Positions 58,542-64,000 of a stretch of DNA of 64,000 nt are shown here, piece after piece (position 1 is the first letter of the stretch; each line of letters starts with the position of its first letter). The stretch is from a virus: positions 1 through 64,000 of the IMG/VR virus record IMGVR_UViG_3300047472_000102, one strand, 5' to 3'. The translations under genes were made by a program, and so were the position numbers. Under the pieces are notes generated by a model. It did not search any database. It was given only the letters and a program-made list of their open reading frames with translations, and was not told where the DNA came from.

Positions 58542-59189
58542 ATGCAAATCGACAAGTCGATTGAGGGTGCTGACATTGCTCCTACAAAATCTCTTTTCGC
58601 CTCTGCTAACTCCACTGAAAGTCCTGATGCAATTGCAGAGGAAACTCCAGTCGAACCAGTCGAAGAATTGGAAGCAGACGAAGAACAAGCAGAAACGGAA
58701 ACCGTTCAGGCAGATAGTCCTGATACCATGGCCGTTGATGCTACTGGCACTGAATCCAGTGATGATAGCGAGCAAACCTTCGAAGAAGCGCAAGCTGAGC
58801 ACGAAGCAGAAGAAGCAGCACCAGTTGACGAACCTGCTGATAATGCAGCAGCAACAGCAACAGATACACCTACCACCAAAGAACCTACCGAGGAACCAAA
58901 AGAGGAATCGGTAGAGGCTTTGCAAGCTCAAAAAGCTGCGGTAGATAAGAAGCTTACCACCAAGCAGCTAGAGGAACGAAAATCCGTTATCTCCCAGATT
59001 GCAGCTGTGGTAAAAACCTATGATATCCCGATCAAAGACCTTGTTAAGGCTCTTGGTGGTATCCCTAGTCCTCGCAAGGGGATGAAGGCTCCCATTACCC
59101 ATCGGGATAAGAATGGCAACACTTGGTCAGGTAGGGGCAAGCTACCCAAGTGGTTGAAGGGCAAAAATCCAGACGATTACCGAGTATAA
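58542..59189 (+). CDS. H-NS-like protein with long acidic N-terminal extension
   Basis: C-terminal HRDKNGNTWSGRGKLPKWL (H-NS TWxGRGxxP motif), preceded by a coiled coil and a D/E/T/A-rich region. Confidence 0.85.
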   Translation: MQIDKSIEGADIAPTKSLFASANSTESPDAIAEETPVEPVEELEADEEQAETETVQADSPDTMAVDATGTESSDDSEQTFEEAQAEHEAEEAAPVDEPADNAAATATDTPTTKEPTEEPKEESVEALQAQKAAVDKKLTTKQLEERKSVISQIAAVVKTYDIPIKDLVKALGGIPSPRKGMKAPITHRDKNGNTWSGRGKLPKWLKGKNPDDYRV

Positions 59190-59268
59190 TCGCCTAAACA
59201 AAATAAACCCAACAATAATAAAAGGCTCTCAGATAACGAGAGCCTTTTCCAATTCCAGGAAGAAAAAC

Positions 59269-60567
59269 TTGACCCAACGTAATCCTGTAACCTTGAACCA
59301 AGGACAACAGAAAGCTTCTGATGCTTTCTTCGAGTTTCTTCTCACTCCAGATCAAAAGGAGTTTATCGTCAGTGGTCCTGCTGGCGTGGGTAAAACAACT
59401 TTGATGGGATATATGATCGATGAGATCATGCCCCAGTATGCCAAGTCGTGTGAACTACTTGGTATCAAACCGGAGTACGATTCCGTAGCTATGACTGCTA
59501 CTACCAATAAGGCTGCTGAAGTCCTTAGTAGCTCTACGGGACGTGAGACCTCGACTATCCATTCCTTCCTGAATATCCGTGTCAGTGAAGACTACCAGAC
59601 TGGCAAACAGATTCTGGCTCGAACTCGTGACTGGATCGTGCATAATCGAAAGATCATTTTCATTGACGAATGCTCGATGATCGATAGTGATCTCTATCAC
59701 ATCCTCCATGAGGGCACGGAGAAATGCAAAATTGTCTATGTGGGTGATCATAATCAGTTGGCTCCTGTATTCGAGCCTATTAGTCCAATCTATAAACAAG
59801 ATGCTCCATTTTTTGAACTCACGGAACAGATGCGTAATAATGGCAGTCCTGATCTTATGGGTATTTGCCAGCAGCTTCGTGATACTGTGGACAGCGGGAT
59901 ATTTAAGCCCATCAAGGTTGGTGGTGATATCCAACTGCTAGACGACGTTCAAGCCCAACAGATTATTGCCAATAATTTTATAGATAATCAAACCAATAGT
60001 CGTATCCTTGCCTATACCAATAAGCAGGTTCAGCTTTTCAACCAATTCATTCGTCAGGGACGAAATCTTCCCGAGTTATTTCAAGAGGGGGAACGACTGA
60101 TTAATAACTCTGCTTATCAAGTAAATAAGCAACGCATGTCTGTAGAACAGGAAGTAACTGTTCTAGAGAACCAAGGAGTTAAGAAGATAGAAGTGTCCAA
60201 GGATATTGAACTTGAAGTTCAAACTCTGACACTCCGCAATAACTTTGGAGAATATATCTATGGTGTTAATGTCCCTTTGGACCTGGAACACTATGATAAA
60301 TCTGTCAAATGGTTTGCAAGGCAAAAGAACTGGGAACGATATTTCTTCCTGAAACAGTCCTTTGCTGATCTTCGTCCTCGTGATGCTGCCACGGTTCACA
60401 AGAGCCAAGGAAGCACCTATGACTCCGTTTTCATCGACCTGGATAATATCTCCAAGGTCACTCAACCCGATGTAGCCGCTCGAATGCTCTACGTAGCATT
60501 TAGTCGTGCCAGAGAGAAAGTTTACCTCTATGGTTCACTCGCAGAACGTTTTGGGGGGCTACGCTAA
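59269..60567 (+). CDS. SF1B DNA helicase (Dda/RecD-like)
   Basis: GPAGVGKT, TTNKAA, TIHSFL, IDECSM, GDHNQL, TVHKSQGST, LYVAFSRA. Confidence 0.93.
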   Translation: MTQRNPVTLNQGQQKASDAFFEFLLTPDQKEFIVSGPAGVGKTTLMGYMIDEIMPQYAKSCELLGIKPEYDSVAMTATTNKAAEVLSSSTGRETSTIHSFLNIRVSEDYQTGKQILARTRDWIVHNRKIIFIDECSMIDSDLYHILHEGTEKCKIVYVGDHNQLAPVFEPISPIYKQDAPFFELTEQMRNNGSPDLMGICQQLRDTVDSGIFKPIKVGGDIQLLDDVQAQQIIANNFIDNQTNSRILAYTNKQVQLFNQFIRQGRNLPELFQEGERLINNSAYQVNKQRMSVEQEVTVLENQGVKKIEVSKDIELEVQTLTLRNNFGEYIYGVNVPLDLEHYDKSVKWFARQKNWERYFFLKQSFADLRPRDAATVHKSQGSTYDSVFIDLDNISKVTQPDVAARMLYVAFSRAREKVYLYGSLAERFGGLR

Positions 60568-60586
60568 GTACGATAGGTTTGCAAAC

Positions 60587-61123
60587 ATGAAAACCTTTCA
60601 ACAGGTGCAAAGTCGTCGTCATGACGATGAAGTTCGTAAAACCAAAATTGATGGTATGCTCAAACGCCTCATGGATTCAGATGTTAAACGCATCAATCGA
60701 ATGGTAGATGAGATCATAGTAGAGCATCGAAAGCTTACAGGTACAGATGGCTTTTATCATAAAGGTCAAATCTACGGTAATGTCATGGGTGTCAGCCAGT
60801 CATCTCCTGCCATGCAAAAGCAACCTATTCATGAGTCTCTCAGGGAACGGATGTTCGAGTATGACAGGCAGCTGGCTGAACTGGTCAAGGATAGGGACAT
60901 ACTGAGGCAGGGACTAGGCGTTCTAATTCGAAGGGCTAATACCCCTCAGGAGATCAGAAACGCTCTCCCTGACCTCCTATTGCCTGTTATGGATAGTCTT
61001 GAACATCTACTTGACCGGACTGAGCCAGAGATGCATACCCTCACCTCTCAGATACATCGTATTCAGTACGAAAGAACCTTGGACAAGATATATTTCTATC
61101 TTGGCTCCCGGTTACTGGGGTAA
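60587..61123 (+). CDS. Conserved N4-like protein between helicase and polymerase
   Basis: DGFYHKG, QEIRNALPD; synteny. Confidence 0.65.
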   Translation: MKTFQQVQSRRHDDEVRKTKIDGMLKRLMDSDVKRINRMVDEIIVEHRKLTGTDGFYHKGQIYGNVMGVSQSSPAMQKQPIHESLRERMFEYDRQLAELVKDRDILRQGLGVLIRRANTPQEIRNALPDLLLPVMDSLEHLLDRTEPEMHTLTSQIHRIQYERTLDKIYFYLGSRLLG

Positions 61124-61126
61124 TCA

Positions 61127-63745
61127 ATGCAATATCATGCATGGGTACAAGAGGACCAGTACTCTGTCGTAGTACTGGTCCCAAAAATTCGAGTAGACCT
61201 CATTGAAAAGGAGTATTTGGAACCAATAGGATTAGAACCTTCTTCAGTATTGGTAATGGATTTACATCAGAGCCAAGGGAAAAAGAAAACCCCTGTGTCT
61301 GAAATGAAGGATTATATTAATACTGAACTCCAGCCAGAGCTTAATGCTTTTGGAGCACAGTATCTAATCATTGGTGATGCAGAGTACTTTAAGGTTATTA
61401 CAGGTAATCCTCAAGCTGATAAGCTTATAGGTTACGTAGTACCTAGTAAGTATGGACCGCAAAGCTGCATCTATATTCCAAATATATTCCAGGTCTTCTA
61501 TAACCCTGATATTAATAGAGGTAAAATCCTCAGAGGACTTCAAGCTCTGGAAGCTCATGCTTCTGGTTGCTATACCGATCCGGGCTTTAATATTGTTCAG
61601 TTTGAGGAGTATCCCTCGTCCCCTACTGAAATTAAAGCTTGGCTAGACAAGCTAAAGGCTATGAAAAAGCCTCTGACTGTCGATATCGAGGGATGGGGCC
61701 TTAAGCCCTATAGCGCGGGAATTGCTACCATTACCTTCTGCTGGTCAGATAGTGAGGGGATCGCTTTTCCTGTTGATTACTCAGATAATCCAGCACTGGT
61801 CAGATGCCTGCTCAGAGACTTCTTTGAAACCTTTGAGCAGACACTGATTTATCATCACATAGCGTTCGACGTTATGGTGCTGATCTACCAGTTATATATG
61901 AAGCATATTAGAGACACTAAGGGGTTGCTCCGAGGTCTCAACGTGCTCCTGAGAAACTGGCATGATACCAAACTGATTGCTTATCTGGCGACAAATTCCT
62001 GTGCAGGAAACAAGCTAGGTCTGAAAGACCAAGCTCAAGAGTTCGCTGGGAATTGGGCGATGACCGATATCGTGGACATCACCAAAATCCCATTGGAAGA
62101 CTTATTGAGATACAATCTGGTGGATGGTCTATCCACTTGGTTCGTCTTCAATAAGCACTGGCAGACGATTATTGATGATAATCAATTGAAAATCTATAAC
62201 ACGATTTTCAAACCTGCCATTCGAGATATCATCCAGATGCAGCTTACCGGACTCCCGATCAATATGAATCGGGTGAAGGAAGTAAAAGCTATCCTGCAAA
62301 AGGATAACGATAATGCCATCAATAAGATGATGGGTACTGAACTCATGAAAGAGTTCAATTACTATCGAGTTGAAGAATACGTTCAGATCAAGAACAATGA
62401 ATGGAAGAAGAAACGTACCTCAGTGGAGGAAGTTCTTTCCATTATTGAGAGTAATACTAAGCAAGGAACCAAACTAAAGGAAGACATTTATTTTAATCCT
62501 AATAGTGGTCCTCAGCTTATTTATCTCTTGTATGATCAACTCAAGTTACCTGTTCTCGATAAGACAGATAGTGATCTACCTGCTACTGGTGGAGCTACTT
62601 TAAAGAAGCTCAAGAACCATACAAAAGACCAAAAAATTCTAGATTTCCTAGATGCATTGATCGCCTATAAGGCAGTCGATAAAATCCTGACATCCTTCAT
62701 TCCTGCATTCGAGAAAGCTCGACAAGGCCCAGATGGATGGCATTACTTGCTCGGTAACTTCAATCTTGGAGGAACCGTATCAGGTCGCTTGAGTTCCTCT
62801 GAACCAAATTTACAGAATCTCCCTGCAACTGGATCAAAGTATGCCAAGCTGATTAAGAGTTGCTTCCAAGCTCCTCCTGGTTGGCTCTTCTGTGGTATTG
62901 ATTTTGCCTCACTAGAAGACCGTATTAGTGCGTTAACCACTCGTGATCCAGAAAAGCTAAAGGTATATACCGATGGTTATGATGGCCACAGCCTACGTGC
63001 GTATGCTTATTTTGGTGACCAGATGCCGGACATTGATCCGAATTCTGTGGACTCGATTAATTCGATCCAGACAAAATACAAAGACCTGAGACAAGACAGT
63101 AAGGTTCCAACCTTCTCACTGACTTATGCAGGTACCTATATCACCATTATGAATTCTCAGGGATGGTCAGAAGAGAAAGCCAAGAAGGTAGAAGCCTCCT
63201 ATCACAACCTCTATAAAGTTTCAGATGAATGGGTAGCCAAGCATCTGGACAAGGCTTGTGACGTGGGCTACGTAGAAGCAGCCTTCGGTCTAAGAGTCAG
63301 AACTCCTCTATTAAAACAAGTAATTAGAAGAACCAGAAAGACTCCATTTGAGGCTGAAGCTGAAGGCAGAACTGCTGGTAATGCTCTAGGACAATCTTGG
63401 TGCTTGCTCAATTCAAGAGCAGGCTCCGAGTTTATGGGTAAGGTACGTAATAGCCGGTATGCAACCAGCATCCTGCCATGTGCCCAAATCCATGACGCAC
63501 AGTATTATCTCGTCAGAGATAATGTACGGGTGCTCAAATATGCCAACGATAATGTAGTTCAGGCTTGTGAATGGAATGATGATCCCATGATCTATCATCC
63601 TGATGTAGGTCTTGGAGGAGAATTCTCCATTTTCTATCCTGACTGGTCATCTGAATGTGGTTTAAAAAATCGCATTTCAGAGGAAGAAATAAGCATTACT
63701 GTTGGTAATTTCCTTCATAAACTAGAAGAGAAGAAAGCAGCTTAA
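61127..63745 (+). CDS. DNA polymerase family A with 3'-5' exonuclease
   Basis: Exo motifs TVDIEG, HHIAFD, YNLVD; GTVSGRLSSSEPNLQN, DFASLE, RQDSK..F..TY, QIHDA. Confidence 0.95.
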   Translation: MQYHAWVQEDQYSVVVLVPKIRVDLIEKEYLEPIGLEPSSVLVMDLHQSQGKKKTPVSEMKDYINTELQPELNAFGAQYLIIGDAEYFKVITGNPQADKLIGYVVPSKYGPQSCIYIPNIFQVFYNPDINRGKILRGLQALEAHASGCYTDPGFNIVQFEEYPSSPTEIKAWLDKLKAMKKPLTVDIEGWGLKPYSAGIATITFCWSDSEGIAFPVDYSDNPALVRCLLRDFFETFEQTLIYHHIAFDVMVLIYQLYMKHIRDTKGLLRGLNVLLRNWHDTKLIAYLATNSCAGNKLGLKDQAQEFAGNWAMTDIVDITKIPLEDLLRYNLVDGLSTWFVFNKHWQTIIDDNQLKIYNTIFKPAIRDIIQMQLTGLPINMNRVKEVKAILQKDNDNAINKMMGTELMKEFNYYRVEEYVQIKNNEWKKKRTSVEEVLSIIESNTKQGTKLKEDIYFNPNSGPQLIYLLYDQLKLPVLDKTDSDLPATGGATLKKLKNHTKDQKILDFLDALIAYKAVDKILTSFIPAFEKARQGPDGWHYLLGNFNLGGTVSGRLSSSEPNLQNLPATGSKYAKLIKSCFQAPPGWLFCGIDFASLEDRISALTTRDPEKLKVYTDGYDGHSLRAYAYFGDQMPDIDPNSVDSINSIQTKYKDLRQDSKVPTFSLTYAGTYITIMNSQGWSEEKAKKVEASYHNLYKVSDEWVAKHLDKACDVGYVEAAFGLRVRTPLLKQVIRRTRKTPFEAEAEGRTAGNALGQSWCLLNSRAGSEFMGKVRNSRYATSILPCAQIHDAQYYLVRDNVRVLKYANDNVVQACEWNDDPMIYHPDVGLGGEFSIFYPDWSSECGLKNRISEEEISITVGNFLHKLEEKKAA

Positions 63746-64000
63746 ATGCAAGAACCAACGAACCCAACACCAACTGATGAAGAGCTTGCAGCCATGGCTG
63801 ATGAGCTAAAGCAGCTTCAGGATGGTCACAGCATTTACTGGTTGGCTACGTGCACGGTCTATTATCGTGTTAATACCGATCTGAAGAACCGTAAGGTAAA
63901 CGTGCTAATCAGCACGATTACTCCTAATATTACCGAGAGTGTTATCGGTAATATTCAAGTTGCTGCCCAAAAGCAGGTGGTTGATTTCAACAAGATGCCC
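63746..64000 (+). CDS. Hypothetical protein, partial (runs off the window)
   Basis: ATG immediately after the polymerase stop; open to the window end (MQEPTNPT...HYWL). Confidence 0.55.
   Translation, partial: MQEPTNPTPTDEELAAMADELKQLQDGHSIYWLATCTVYYRVNTDLKNRKVNVLISTITPNITESVIGNIQVAAQKQVVDFNKMP

Overview
This window is about 64 kb of an N4-like (Schitoviridae) lytic phage genome. The host is probably alphaproteobacterial, but that is a weak inference from promoter shape and gene content. The left part (1-28.3 kb, minus strand) is the late module: the N-terminal ~1875 codons of the giant virion RNA polymerase (missed by the ORF track), ejection and structural proteins, major capsid, portal, an inverted thyA, endolysin plus spanins, two beta-helix tailspikes, adaptor and terminase. 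The centre (28.3-33.3 kb) is an RNA-rich accessory region. It holds an Acb2-like anti-CBASS protein, five canonical tRNAs, two aberrant tRNA-like RNAs, about 1 kb of back-to-back closed-stem RNA domains, candidate small RNAs with anti-Shine-Dalgarno loops, HU and a DnaA-C-like HTH protein. The probable genome terminus and early promoter lie near 33.3 kb. The right part (33.4-64 kb, plus strand) holds the early and middle genes: the gp2-like coactivator preceded by a complete hammerhead ribozyme, NADAR, SLOG and macro-like proteins, split RNAP II, MoxR ATPase/vWA, dCTP deaminase, an inverted deacetylase island, rIIA/rIIB, MazG-like and H-NS-like proteins, helicase and DNA polymerase A. The most novel signal is the RNA layer (structured ncRNA array, anti-SD sRNAs, tRNA mimics, hammerhead) together with strong over-representation of GAACCA. 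All base-pairing and counts were done by eye.
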